Shown here: piece after piece, positions 1-9,778 of the stretch
How positions within the stretch are numbered: the stretch's first letter is position 1
Layout: the number at the start of each line of letters is the position of its first letter
Assembly (NCBI GenBank): GCA_965657355.1
Contig: CBFHOE010000011.1
Coordinates: 1 to 64,000 of the forward strand
Reading direction: 5' to 3'
Length of the DNA stretch: 64,000 nt
Origin: Limisphaerales bacterium
GTDB taxonomy: Bacteria; Verrucomicrobiota; Verrucomicrobiia; Limisphaerales; JAJOIW01
Translations under genes and position numbers: made by a program
The notes under the pieces: generated by a model
The model's input: only the letters and a program-made list of their open reading frames with translations
The model's database searches: none
Told to the model about the DNA's origin: nothing

Positions 1-2880
1 TTGATGATCCCATCAGCAGTAGTTGACCAATCGGGAGTTTACCAGGTCGTCGCTCAGGACATTTTTGGTTCAGTTGTCTCTCCTGAGTTCAGTATCGATG
101 TCCTTGAAGCGCCTACAATTCTTGTTCACCCGAGAGGCGCGAAAGTAGCAACTGGTGACTCCATTAATCTTGAGGTAAGTGCTTCAGGCGGAGGAAAACT
201 TAATTACCAGTGGTTCAGGAACGATTTACCACTGAGTGGAGAAATGCATTCTGCTCTATTACTTGACCAATTATCACCAACTGAAGATGGGTTTTACAAA
301 GTGGTCATCTCTAACAAGGTGGGTTCAGTAACTAGTGAGGTCGCTAAAATAACGGTCGGGTTCAAACCTGAAATACAATTAATTTCCAGTCCCGTGACAT
401 TCTTCGACGGACATACTGGTTTGTTATGGGCGCAAGTTTCAAGTGAATCGCGTTTACGATATATTTGGAAAAAGGACGAAAAAATAATCTTTGAAACAGA
501 TGTTCCCTGGTTTCATTTGGAAGACCTATCTAGCAACAGTGATGGACGATTCCAGCTTCACGTTGAAAATGAATTTGGCACGGCAAGTTACCTTGATATT
601 GATGTAAAACCAGTTTCAGACATCCAATATAATTTCACAAAAGAGCCCAGTGTCACTAGACTCAATCCTCCTTTGTTTAAGCAAGGTAAAAAACACGATG
701 TGTACCTAGCTTTGAATGGGCTTGAGGAAAAAGAGATCTTGATTGTGGAGAAGCTACCGGAAGAAATTAAATTTGAATCGGTAAATGATGGAGGTTACTA
801 CGATGATAAATCACACTCTATTACATGGAATCTCCCTGCATCAGGTAATATATTCATAAGCTATTCAGTATCTGTTACGGGCACTGATAATCCATCGCCC
901 AATTTCTCAGGTGAGTCGATTTGGGACGGCAGTCTAATAAAAACCAGATCGACCATAAGAAAAGATAACGATTATGAACCACTTAGATGGGTTAAAACCC
1001 CTCATTCACAAAAGGTTGCTCTTGGGTCCCCATTGGAATTAGAGGCGCTTGCAGAGGGATCCGGCCCAATTTCATATAGTTGGTCATTTAATGGGTCCCT
1101 TTTAGCACCTGATTATTCCAATAAATTGATATTACCAAATACTTTGACCGACCAATCGGGTGTTTACCAAGTTTCTGCAAATAATGTCTATGGAACTATC
1201 ACCTCGCCAGAAATTTTTGTAGAAGTGCTTACTCCACCATCGATTTCCCAATTACCAGAGGGTGAATTGATAGCTTTGGGAGATACTTTAAAATTGGCCG
1301 TCTTTGCAAAAGGAAGCCATCCGTTAGAATTTCAATGGCTCAAAGATGGTATTCCTCTGGTTGGCAAAACTTCTGAATTACTTACTATCAAAAATATAAC
1401 AGAAAAAGATGCTGGCGATTACCAAGTTTCTATCAGTAATGATATCGGACAGATAATAAGCGAAGCAGTGAAAATCACTACCGGCCAAAAACCTGAAATT
1501 ACTTTCATTTCCTCTGAAGTAACAGCTCATGTTGGTCACTCAGCTCTCATTTGGGCTAGGGCATCTGGAGATACACCGATGGAATATGAATGGAAATGGG
1601 AAGGATCAATCATTGGATCTTCGGATAAGCCATTTATTTTGCTCGATTCCATTTCTGATCAGGATTTAGGTTCATTCCAGCTCACTGTAAGAAACAATCT
1701 TGGGTCAACAACTTCTCAAGTTATTAAAACTAAAATTGCAAAAGATCTTGAATTTAATTATTCGAATACACCAAGTGTAACTAGAATACTCCCAGATTCT
1801 ATTCCGGAGGATAAGACCTTGGATATCTACATAGCGTTTTCGGGTATGAGTGGAGAGAAGGTATTCACGATCGAGCGTTTACCAAAAGACCTAAAGGTCG
1901 ACTCCGTCAGAGACGGTGGACGCTATGATTCAAAATCACATACTATTACCTGGGATCTTCCGACGTCAGATAATTTTCTGATCAGTTACAGTGGATCGAT
2001 TATTGAGGGAGATTCAGATAAATTTGAATTCGATGGCGAATCACTGTGGGGTGATGAAGTTTTACCAACGATTGGAAAACAGGTTTTAGGAAATGCTCCA
2101 ACGATCTTTGCTGATAATGACCCAACCGATTATATAATCTCAGCTAGTGAAGCAAATCAGTTTGTCTCATCTTACCTAAATGATGAGGTAATTGAAGATG
2201 AGCTGATTCCTCTTGAATATGCGGTTAGGGTATTAACTATTCATAATTCTGGTGGCGGGTATGAAGTCGACCAATCCATGACACCTCCGCTGAGCTGGAG
2301 CCCAAACGAAAACACATCCCCTCGAGATTTACAACAAAACTCCGCGCCTACGGAATTAAAACCTGAAATTTATTTCATTGGCCAAGCAATAAAAGGTCAA
2401 TCACTGCAATTAGTTGCAGATATGCCAGAGAGAATAGCTGAAGCATCCGGAATTGAACTCAGATTAAATCAAAATTGGAGCTGGGCGAAAGACGAGATCA
2501 TCAGCACAGCAAAATGGATCTTTCCTAATGCTGATATGAGATACCTGGTCGTTGATGTTTACCCAGTGATAGGCTCAGATGCCGAGGAATTGAAAGTCTC
2601 CGGATTATTCTCTGTGGACGGAGAGCTTGAGCAATTCGGTTCCTCGACGTCGGTTTCATCTCAGCTTCCAAGCTCCATTACTTCCGCAAGAATTGAAAAT
2701 AATAAAGTTGTTATATCGGGGACGACTGAAATAGCAGGCAAATGGGTCATTGAGTCAACAAGTGACTTTGTTATATGGAGTAAGTGGCAAGAATTTGAAA
2801 ATTCAACCACCAATTTCGAAATAACAGGTGATATTGAGAATGTTAGTCAACAATTCTTCCGAGTCCGTTTCATACGCTAA
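1..2880 (+). CDS. Large exported Ig-like (I-set) repeat protein, 5'-truncated by the window edge
   Basis: Open from base 1. Repeated Ig I-set signatures (YQWFRND...DGFYKVVISN, FQWLKDG...DAGDYQVSISN), an internal duplication of about 375 aa, and C-terminal ...QQFFRVRFIR. Confidence 0.85.
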   Translation: MMIPSAVVDQSGVYQVVAQDIFGSVVSPEFSIDVLEAPTILVHPRGAKVATGDSINLEVSASGGGKLNYQWFRNDLPLSGEMHSALLLDQLSPTEDGFYKVVISNKVGSVTSEVAKITVGFKPEIQLISSPVTFFDGHTGLLWAQVSSESRLRYIWKKDEKIIFETDVPWFHLEDLSSNSDGRFQLHVENEFGTASYLDIDVKPVSDIQYNFTKEPSVTRLNPPLFKQGKKHDVYLALNGLEEKEILIVEKLPEEIKFESVNDGGYYDDKSHSITWNLPASGNIFISYSVSVTGTDNPSPNFSGESIWDGSLIKTRSTIRKDNDYEPLRWVKTPHSQKVALGSPLELEALAEGSGPISYSWSFNGSLLAPDYSNKLILPNTLTDQSGVYQVSANNVYGTITSPEIFVEVLTPPSISQLPEGELIALGDTLKLAVFAKGSHPLEFQWLKDGIPLVGKTSELLTIKNITEKDAGDYQVSISNDIGQIISEAVKITTGQKPEITFISSEVTAHVGHSALIWARASGDTPMEYEWKWEGSIIGSSDKPFILLDSISDQDLGSFQLTVRNNLGSTTSQVIKTKIAKDLEFNYSNTPSVTRILPDSIPEDKTLDIYIAFSGMSGEKVFTIERLPKDLKVDSVRDGGRYDSKSHTITWDLPTSDNFLISYSGSIIEGDSDKFEFDGESLWGDEVLPTIGKQVLGNAPTIFADNDPTDYIISASEANQFVSSYLNDEVIEDELIPLEYAVRVLTIHNSGGGYEVDQSMTPPLSWSPNENTSPRDLQQNSAPTELKPEIYFIGQAIKGQSLQLVADMPERIAEASGIELRLNQNWSWAKDEIISTAKWIFPNADMRYLVVDVYPVIGSDAEELKVSGLFSVDGELEQFGSSTSVSSQLPSSITSARIENNKVVISGTTEIAGKWVIESTSDFVIWSKWQEFENSTTNFEITGDIENVSQQFFRVRFIR

Positions 2881-2949
2881 TAATTCAAACCTGAAATTTT
2901 AGCTAAAAAGGCCTGTGCTGACAGGATATATCATGTATTTTTTGCGCAG

Positions 2950-4089
2950 GTGACTAGGATATTGGATCGTTATTTACTCGCGCAGATTGGGATGCCTCTC
3001 ATTTTCATATTGATTGGCTTCCTGATTTTTTGGTTATCGGGTGATATCATTTCCAATTTAGAGGACTTCAAGGATAAAGACCTTCAAACGGCAGAAGTTA
3101 TCAATTATTACCTCATGAAGCTCCCAGGTTTTCTAGATTTACTTGGACCTGTCGGATTTTTGCTTGGCCTTCTTTATGGGTTGATACAATTAACTCGTCA
3201 TCACGAAACAACGGCAATCCGTGCAAGTGGGGTAAGCTTGTGGAGACTTTCAATGCCCATAATCTTTCTTTCGCTACTTTTAGGAACACTTAGCTTTAGT
3301 TACAAAGAATTTCTCATGATAAAAGTTGAAACCGAGGCAGAGAACATCATGAGAGAGGGAAATAAATTAACAAAAAGAGGGGTTAATCGGCCTGTAAAGT
3401 CCCTGTTTTTTTATAGGAATGAGGCTGAAGATAGAAGATGGGGAATCACCTCCTATATCACAGGTAAGAATATTGAATTCTCAGAGGTCGATGTGGAGTT
3501 GCCTTTAACTGATGGCCAAAGAAGAGTTATATTTGCCATGAAGGCATTTTATAAAGATGGGAAATGGATTTTTGAGAACGCCACGTCTTACGATGTCACC
3601 AGCTCCAACAAGAAAAGCCTTACCCCATCTCTTCATTCCACTTTGGAAATTGATAAATCATTATTACCCGAAACCCCTGAGTTTCTGATAAGCCAATTCA
3701 AGATTAGTAGAATAGAAAATGTGCGAGATAAGAGGCTGAGCCATTTTAATATTCAGGAAATTAATAACCTCAAAACATTGTTTCCATATATGAATGAAGA
3801 CGACCAAAGATTACTCGACACAAAATATCATATGCAAATATCAGCTAGTTTCACGTATCTGGTCGTTGCCATGATTGCTATCCCTCTCGGTTGCCGCCCG
3901 GGCAGAAGAGATGTCTTTATCGGAGTGGCTATAAGTATGGGCGTTTGTTTTGGCTATTTCGTCATCCAAAGAATCAGTGCTCCATTAGGTTTCTCAGGAA
4001 AGATAACTCCCATTTTTGCCGCTTGGTTACCCAATCTCATTTTTGGAATTGCTGGATTCACGCTCTTGATGAATGCAAATAAAAGATGA
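2950..4089 (+). CDS. LptF/LptG family LPS export ABC permease (LptG-like)
   Basis: N-terminal ILDRYL, ETTAIRASGVSLWRL motif, three TM + periplasmic domain + three TM, C-terminal AAWLPNLIF. Confidence 0.9.
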   Translation: MTRILDRYLLAQIGMPLIFILIGFLIFWLSGDIISNLEDFKDKDLQTAEVINYYLMKLPGFLDLLGPVGFLLGLLYGLIQLTRHHETTAIRASGVSLWRLSMPIIFLSLLLGTLSFSYKEFLMIKVETEAENIMREGNKLTKRGVNRPVKSLFFYRNEAEDRRWGITSYITGKNIEFSEVDVELPLTDGQRRVIFAMKAFYKDGKWIFENATSYDVTSSNKKSLTPSLHSTLEIDKSLLPETPEFLISQFKISRIENVRDKRLSHFNIQEINNLKTLFPYMNEDDQRLLDTKYHMQISASFTYLVVAMIAIPLGCRPGRRDVFIGVAISMGVCFGYFVIQRISAPLGFSGKITPIFAAWLPNLIFGIAGFTLLMNANKR

Positions 4090-4456
4090 AAGTAAGACGT
4101 TAGCCATATTTAAAAAATGAAATACGCCCAAAAAAAGAATATTCATCTAGTCCCCCCAGTGAGTATTTGTGATTTTATTTCAAAAATTCAAATCAATGAT
4201 TTTTAGATCAAGTCAGTAAACATAAGAATCAAACCCCTCGAAGTTTTCATGAAGACACCTGCCATCAGGGGCGTAAACAACTCGGTTAAGTAAAATCATT
4301 CAGTGTTTCTTTTTATTAGATGTAAAAGCAATATTCGGTAGAATCAATTGATACGAGCTGCAATGGATTTTCCGGCATATGTCAGCGTTTTTTCACGGCT
4401 CTCAATTTATTAAGATTTCGAGAGACAGAACAATAAGCATTATTTTTCCTCTTGGA

Positions 4457-5242
4457 TCAGGGAAGTATTAGCCAGTCAGACGGGGTTGTCTGGTCTGTGG
4501 AGTATACTTCCGGCAAAGCGAGCGTTTCTCTAATCAAACTCTTGGTCACGCAATCCATAGCTTTAGCTGGAGTATTACAATCACGACTTAGATGACACAA
4601 ATACAAATGCTCCATTCTTTTGGAAGCTAAACGGCCGGCTAATTCACCTGCCTCATCATTTGATAAATGTCCATGCCTACTCATTATTCGCTGCTTAACA
4701 GACCATGGTCGGCACATATCTTCTTCCAACATTTGTAAATCATAATTAGTTTCCAATACCAATATTTGGACACCATCTACTTTTTGCTCAATAGATTTTG
4801 TAACATGCCCAAGGTCCGTGAGGAACCCCAATGAAGATGTTGGCGTGCGAATAACGAACCCCACAGGGTCTTGTGCATCATGGGGAACGCTGAAAGAATC
4901 GATTTCAATATCACCGATTTCAAAAGAATCTCCTGTATGGAATCGTTGACACTCAAGATTTGCCTTGAAATGTCTCTCTATGGATTCGTGAGTCAATCTA
5001 TTAGCCACAACAGGAATACCATATTTAGACTGCATTATTTTTAGCCCTTTGATGTGGTCACCGTGCTCATGGGTCACCAAAATCCCATCCAAATCCTCAG
5101 GTACCCTCCCTATCGCAGCCAGCCTTTGACGTATCTGAGAGCAACTGAACCCGGCATCAACGAGTATTTTCGTTTTCTCAGTTTCTATAAAAGAACAATT
5201 CCCAGCGGAACCGCTTCCTAATATCGAAAATCGGGTGGCCAT
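4457..5242 (-). CDS. MBL-fold metallo-hydrolase, YycJ/WalJ-like
   Basis: LGSGSAGN, THEHGDH (HxHxDH), VPHDA, TDLG, ETNYD, GHLSN and HLS motifs. Confidence 0.88.
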   Translation of the reverse strand: MATRFSILGSGSAGNCSFIETEKTKILVDAGFSCSQIRQRLAAIGRVPEDLDGILVTHEHGDHIKGLKIMQSKYGIPVVANRLTHESIERHFKANLECQRFHTGDSFEIGDIEIDSFSVPHDAQDPVGFVIRTPTSSLGFLTDLGHVTKSIEQKVDGVQILVLETNYDLQMLEEDMCRPWSVKQRIMSRHGHLSNDEAGELAGRLASKRMEHLYLCHLSRDCNTPAKAMDCVTKSLIRETLALPEVYSTDQTTPSDWLILP

Positions 5243-5350
5243 CTATTTATTCATATACCAAGATCACTCGCCATGAGTAGATCTTAAAATTTCATGTTAG
5301 GTTCTCATACTGCATGAAAGGTCGAGCAATGACCAGAAAAAGGTCAAAAA

Positions 5351-5398
5351 CCACAAAATGTTGGTTGCATTAGACAAGATTGACACAATATATGGTGC
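5351..5398. promoter_or_regulatory. Tandem NrdR-box-like palindromes
   Basis: CCACAAAATGTTGGTT (5351-5366) and ACACAATATATGGTGC (5383-5398) match consensus acaCwAtATaTwGtgt at 11/16 and 14/16, with starts 32 bp apart. Confidence 0.6.
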
Positions 5399-5484
5399 AA
5401 AGGATATTTAAATTGCTATGGAATATAGGGGAACAAGCCTTAGTTGCAGTCGAATAATCTAAATCCTTATTTGTTGGAAGTATG

Positions 5485-5519
5485 AAAAAATGGGGCCCCG
5501 CATAAATGATGCGAGGCCC
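5485..5519 (-). terminator. Intrinsic terminator after amtB-glnB
   Basis: Minus strand GGGCCTCGCAT-cattt-ATGCGGGGCCC followed by CATTTTTT, about 35 nt after the glnB stop. Confidence 0.8.
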
Positions 5520-5554
5520 TGGTATAATAATTAAGATATGCAGAAATCTAATGC

Positions 5555-5926
<372 letters not shown>

Positions 5927-5944
5927 TCAATTATTGATATAGGA

Positions 5945-7390
5945 TTAATGAGATGAACGACCGAAGTCTGGGTAAGCTTCTTGACCATGCTCGGAAATAT
6001 CCAAACCAACCTGCTCCTCCTCTTCGCTGACTCTCCATAGGCCGACAGCTTTCAGAACAAAGGCTAAAGCATAAGAGATGACGAATGCTGTGATACAAAC
6101 AAGTAATACCCCTATAACCTGAGACACAAAGTCAACACCTGAGCCTTCGACTTGAAAGAGAGCTACGGCAATAGTTCCCCATATGCCGCATACGCCATGA
6201 ACGGATATAGCTCCTACTGGATCATCAATTCCGACTTTGTCGAAGAACAATATAGCGAATACTACAATGACACCTGCTATGGCACCCATGACTACAGCAC
6301 CCCAAGGACCGACAACATCAGCACCTGCAGTTATACCAACCAGCCCCGCAAGGACTCCATTAAGGGCCATACTGAGATCAGGAGATTTAAGTACGATATA
6401 TGAAGTTAAAATAGATGCTAATGCTCCTGCGGCAGCAGCGAGTGCTGTCGTAGTCACAACAAGTCCTAGAGCACCTGGCTCAGCGGAAAGAACTGAACCG
6501 CCGTTAAATCCAAACCACCCAAGGAAGAGGAGGAATACACCGATAGTTGCCAGAGGCATATTGTGACCTGGAATCGGCTTTATTTTGCCATCAGAATATT
6601 TGCCTTTACGAGGGCCAAGCACTATGACGGCAGCAAGAGCAGCGAAGCCACCAAAGGCGTGCACGACTGTAGAGCCAGCAAAATCTTTGAAAGCTTTGTC
6701 TCCACCACCGAGTTGAGCAAGGACGCCTCCACCCCAATGCCATGAACCAACGATTGGGTAAATTAATCCGACTAATATGGTGGAGAAAATCATAAATCCT
6801 AGGAGGTTAATTCTCTCAGCAACAGATCCGGAGACGATTGTGGCTGCAGTTGCTGCAAACATCGCCTGGAAAATAAAATCTCCATAACCGGTCATGGCTA
6901 AACCAAGGCCCCCATATCCAAAGGTTGCGCCCCCATCGGCATTGAGATCGCCAATAGGTGCCCCTATTCCTAGCCAGTTTGGAATCATCCAGTCACCCGG
7001 GTAATGAGTATTGAAACCTACGAGAGCGTAGGTGAAAAGACCAATACTGATTATAAATACATTCTTAAACAGAATATTAACAGTATTTTTGGATTGCGTT
7101 AGACCAGTTTCTAAAGTTGCAAAACCAAGGTGCATAATAAAAACAAGAGCGGCAGCGACTACTGTCCACACCATGCTTGTAACAAAGAAATCGAACGCAA
7201 AGGCGTATTCGCCATGTCCAGCGACCATCTCATCATAATCGGCTTTTTCTTCGGGTTCAGTTGCAACTTCCGTTTCAGTTGGCGCTTCAGTTTCAGCCTG
7301 CCCCAAAAGGTTTGTAGAAACCATTGGTAGTAAGCAGAACAGCAGTAAGGCCATAATCGGACCAGAGATTACTTTTTTCAGTATGTTCAT
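5945..7390 (-). CDS. amtB: Ammonium transporter
   Basis: FQAMFAAT, DFAGSTVVH, GWFGFNGGS and DDPVGAISVHG (twin His). Start moved to ATG 7390 (MNILKK) because the longer ORF start lies upstream of the predicted sigma54 transcription start. Confidence 0.96.
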   Translation of the reverse strand: MNILKKVISGPIMALLLFCLLPMVSTNLLGQAETEAPTETEVATEPEEKADYDEMVAGHGEYAFAFDFFVTSMVWTVVAAALVFIMHLGFATLETGLTQSKNTVNILFKNVFIISIGLFTYALVGFNTHYPGDWMIPNWLGIGAPIGDLNADGGATFGYGGLGLAMTGYGDFIFQAMFAATAATIVSGSVAERINLLGFMIFSTILVGLIYPIVGSWHWGGGVLAQLGGGDKAFKDFAGSTVVHAFGGFAALAAVIVLGPRKGKYSDGKIKPIPGHNMPLATIGVFLLFLGWFGFNGGSVLSAEPGALGLVVTTTALAAAAGALASILTSYIVLKSPDLSMALNGVLAGLVGITAGADVVGPWGAVVMGAIAGVIVVFAILFFDKVGIDDPVGAISVHGVCGIWGTIAVALFQVEGSGVDFVSQVIGVLLVCITAFVISYALAFVLKAVGLWRVSEEEEQVGLDISEHGQEAYPDFGRSSH

Positions 7391-7500
7391 TTTCGTAGTT
7401 AATATAATTTTCAGGTGAAATTGATGACCATAGCACCCGATTATTGATTGAGCCCTAATTGGGTAGTTTGAGCGAGGCAATGATGCATCGAGAGACATAA

Positions 7501-7517
7501 AGCACTCACCTTGCCAA
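7501..7517 (-). promoter_or_regulatory. Sigma54 (-24/-12) promoter for amtB-glnB
   Basis: Minus strand TTGGCAAGGTGAGTGCT has exact GG-N10-GC spacing and resembles TGGCACG-N4-TTGCW. It lies about 110 nt upstream of amtB. Confidence 0.75.
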
Positions 7518-7833
7518 CAGCCAAAATTAATTAAGATTTTTTTATTTGGCTAAGATTGCTCATCTTAATTATGAAAATTTCTGCTGCCGGCCACTCGAAA
7601 ACTAAGATTGCTGCATAAGTCGCAGACTGGTTAATTTTAACCACTAAATCATTTTGATCATCGTTGACCAAATATCAACAGGCCTGAATAATTTAAAACA
7701 AAATGGACGATTCTAGACAGCATCTCCTTAGTCTAAATTGAGACAAACGGCAGGACCCGCAATGGCAACACAACACCCAATTCATTAGATGTTTATTGTC
7801 AAAAGGTCATTTTGTGCCCAAATGGTTTGAAAG

Positions 7834-7862
7834 TTGCCCTACGCTAGTAAGATGAGTAATAT
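7834..7862 (+). promoter_or_regulatory. Putative sigma70 promoter of the Rrf2 gene
   Basis: TTGCCC-17 nt-TAATAT ending 11 nt before ATG 7874, implying a very short leader. Confidence 0.45.
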
Positions 7863-7873
7863 GCTTATGTTAA

Positions 7874-8293
7874 ATGAAACTTTCCATTAAGAGCGATTAT
7901 GGAGTGAGGGCGGTATTCGGTTTATCTAGGCATTACGGTACCGGTAAAGCTGTTCGGGTTGAGAAATTAGCGAGGGAACAAAATATTCCAGCCAACTATC
8001 TCGTTCAAATCCTATTGGAATTAAAAAATCAAGGGATCGTGACAAGCCAACGAGGAAAAGATGGCGGCTATTTACTGGCGAAATCTCCGAGTGAAGTCAG
8101 TTTTGGGGATGTATTAAGGTGCATCCACGGGGCCATTTTCGAGGCACCAGCAATGAATGATAGTAATGTCCATCAGGCCGTCAAAAATTCATGGATTAAA
8201 CTACAGAAACAGCTTGATGAGACGGCTAACGAGATGACGTTTGATAAATTGATTGCAGTAGCCGATAACGATCAGGAAATGTATTACATATAA
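7874..8293 (+). CDS. Rrf2 family transcriptional regulator, CymR-like
   Basis: MKLSIKSDYG, YLVQIL and SQRGKDGGYLLAK. Lacks the IscR three-Cys cluster and ends in MYYI. Confidence 0.9.
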   Translation: MKLSIKSDYGVRAVFGLSRHYGTGKAVRVEKLAREQNIPANYLVQILLELKNQGIVTSQRGKDGGYLLAKSPSEVSFGDVLRCIHGAIFEAPAMNDSNVHQAVKNSWIKLQKQLDETANEMTFDKLIAVADNDQEMYYI

Positions 8294-8358
8294 AATGGAA
8301 GTAGATTACGACGATCCTAGATTAGCGTAGAATTCCTAAATCCTCAGAAATTATTCGT

Positions 8359-9678
8359 CTAGATCGTCGTCCCGTCTGGAATAACAGCTCCCTTAGGGAT
8401 GATGACTATGCCATCTCTGATAAAGAAATTATCTCCATCCATGTGCGGTATTTTCCCTTCAGGGGATATTGAGCAGTTATTTCCGATACGCGCGTTTTTA
8501 TCGATGATGGAGTTTTCTATAAAAGTATTGTTCCCCACACCGAGTGGGATTTGTCCATCTGCCGAGCTTTCTTTGTCGTAAAGGTCAGCGCCCATCATGA
8601 TGACCCTTTTGAGTTTAGTCCCTTTTCCAATTAAGGATCGCACGCCAAGAATGGAGTGACTCACTTCGGCCTCCAGCACAACACAGCCATCGGAAATAAT
8701 TGTGTGATCCAGAGACGCTTTATTCAATTTAGAAGCCGGTAGAAAACGAGGTCTGGTAAAAATGGGGCTTCCTTCTTTGAAGAAGTCAAATTTCGGAATA
8801 TCTGATACCAAGTCTAGATTTGCCTCAAAAAATGATTTTATGGTTCCGATGTCTTCCCAGTATCCCTGATAAACATGAGAATATACCTGGTGTGTCTGAA
8901 TTGCTCCGGGAATAATATGCTTTCCAAAGTCTGTAAGATTATTGTCCAACAAATCAAAAAGCACTTTTCTTTTGAAAAGGTAAATCCCCATCGAGGCCAA
9001 GAACAATTCTTTGTCACCCTTGATTCCGAGTTGTTGGTAGGAATCACTGGGAAGGATCAAGCTATCCAACAATTGTTCATCCTGAGGTTTTTCAACGAAC
9101 TTTGTAATCTTTTCGTGGGAATCAATGTGCATGATTCCGAACCCTTTCGCAGCATCCCTGTCAACTGGAATGGTTGCTACGGTAACATCTGCGTCAGAAT
9201 CAATATGCCCTTTGATGAGCTCACTGAAATCGAGCCGATAAAGTTGATCCCCGCTTAATATGAGCGCATGTTCAAAATCATTATTTTTGAAATGCATGCT
9301 ATTCTTGCGAACAGCATCAGCAGTTCCCTCATACCAGGACGTATCTGTAGGAGTTTGCTCGGCAGCTAAAATTTCAACAAACCCACCAGTAAATTGATCA
9401 AATTTGTAGGACTGAGAGATATGCCTATGAAGTGAGGCAGAGTTAAATTGAGTCAGGAGATATATTTTTTTTAAACCACTATTAATACAATTGGATATCG
9501 GAATATCGACCAATCTGTATTTTCCAGCAAGAGGGACGGCTGGTTTTGACCGTTCTTTTGTTAGTGGATAAAGGCGAGTTCCTTGTCCCCCTCCCATGAT
9601 AATGGAAAGAATTTCAGGCTGTTTAGCGAATGAATTACCTTTGGACCGTGATGATGACTGATCGACCTCTGTGCTCAT
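8359..9678 (-). CDS. glgC: Glucose-1-phosphate adenylyltransferase
   Basis: GGGQGTRLYPLT, KPAVPLAGKYRLVDIP, GTADAVR, FVEKP, ASMGIY and YWEDIGT. Confidence 0.97.
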   Translation of the reverse strand: MSTEVDQSSSRSKGNSFAKQPEILSIIMGGGQGTRLYPLTKERSKPAVPLAGKYRLVDIPISNCINSGLKKIYLLTQFNSASLHRHISQSYKFDQFTGGFVEILAAEQTPTDTSWYEGTADAVRKNSMHFKNNDFEHALILSGDQLYRLDFSELIKGHIDSDADVTVATIPVDRDAAKGFGIMHIDSHEKITKFVEKPQDEQLLDSLILPSDSYQQLGIKGDKELFLASMGIYLFKRKVLFDLLDNNLTDFGKHIIPGAIQTHQVYSHVYQGYWEDIGTIKSFFEANLDLVSDIPKFDFFKEGSPIFTRPRFLPASKLNKASLDHTIISDGCVVLEAEVSHSILGVRSLIGKGTKLKRVIMMGADLYDKESSADGQIPLGVGNNTFIENSIIDKNARIGNNCSISPEGKIPHMDGDNFFIRDGIVIIPKGAVIPDGTTI

Positions 9679-9778
9679 TGTTATCGGAAAACCTTTGCAA
9701 CTCAGACAATGAACGATTTCTTCAACTGACTCAAGTCGCTTTGTTGTGATATTATTCTCACAGTATATAAATTATAAG

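Noticed and set aside
4090..4456. 367-bp gap between convergent genes as a possible sRNA locus
   Set aside because: AT-rich, with no strong hairpin, terminator or known motif that I could support.
5381..5399. TGGTGCA half-site suggesting an NtrC box near glnB
   Set aside because: It lies downstream of the glnB terminator, the other half-site is poor, and the NrdR consensus with tandem spacing fits better.
6152..7330. Antisense ORFs over amtB, representative of the many 60-160 aa shadow ORFs in the track
   Set aside because: They are fully nested opposite or out of frame within well-supported genes and carry no motifs.
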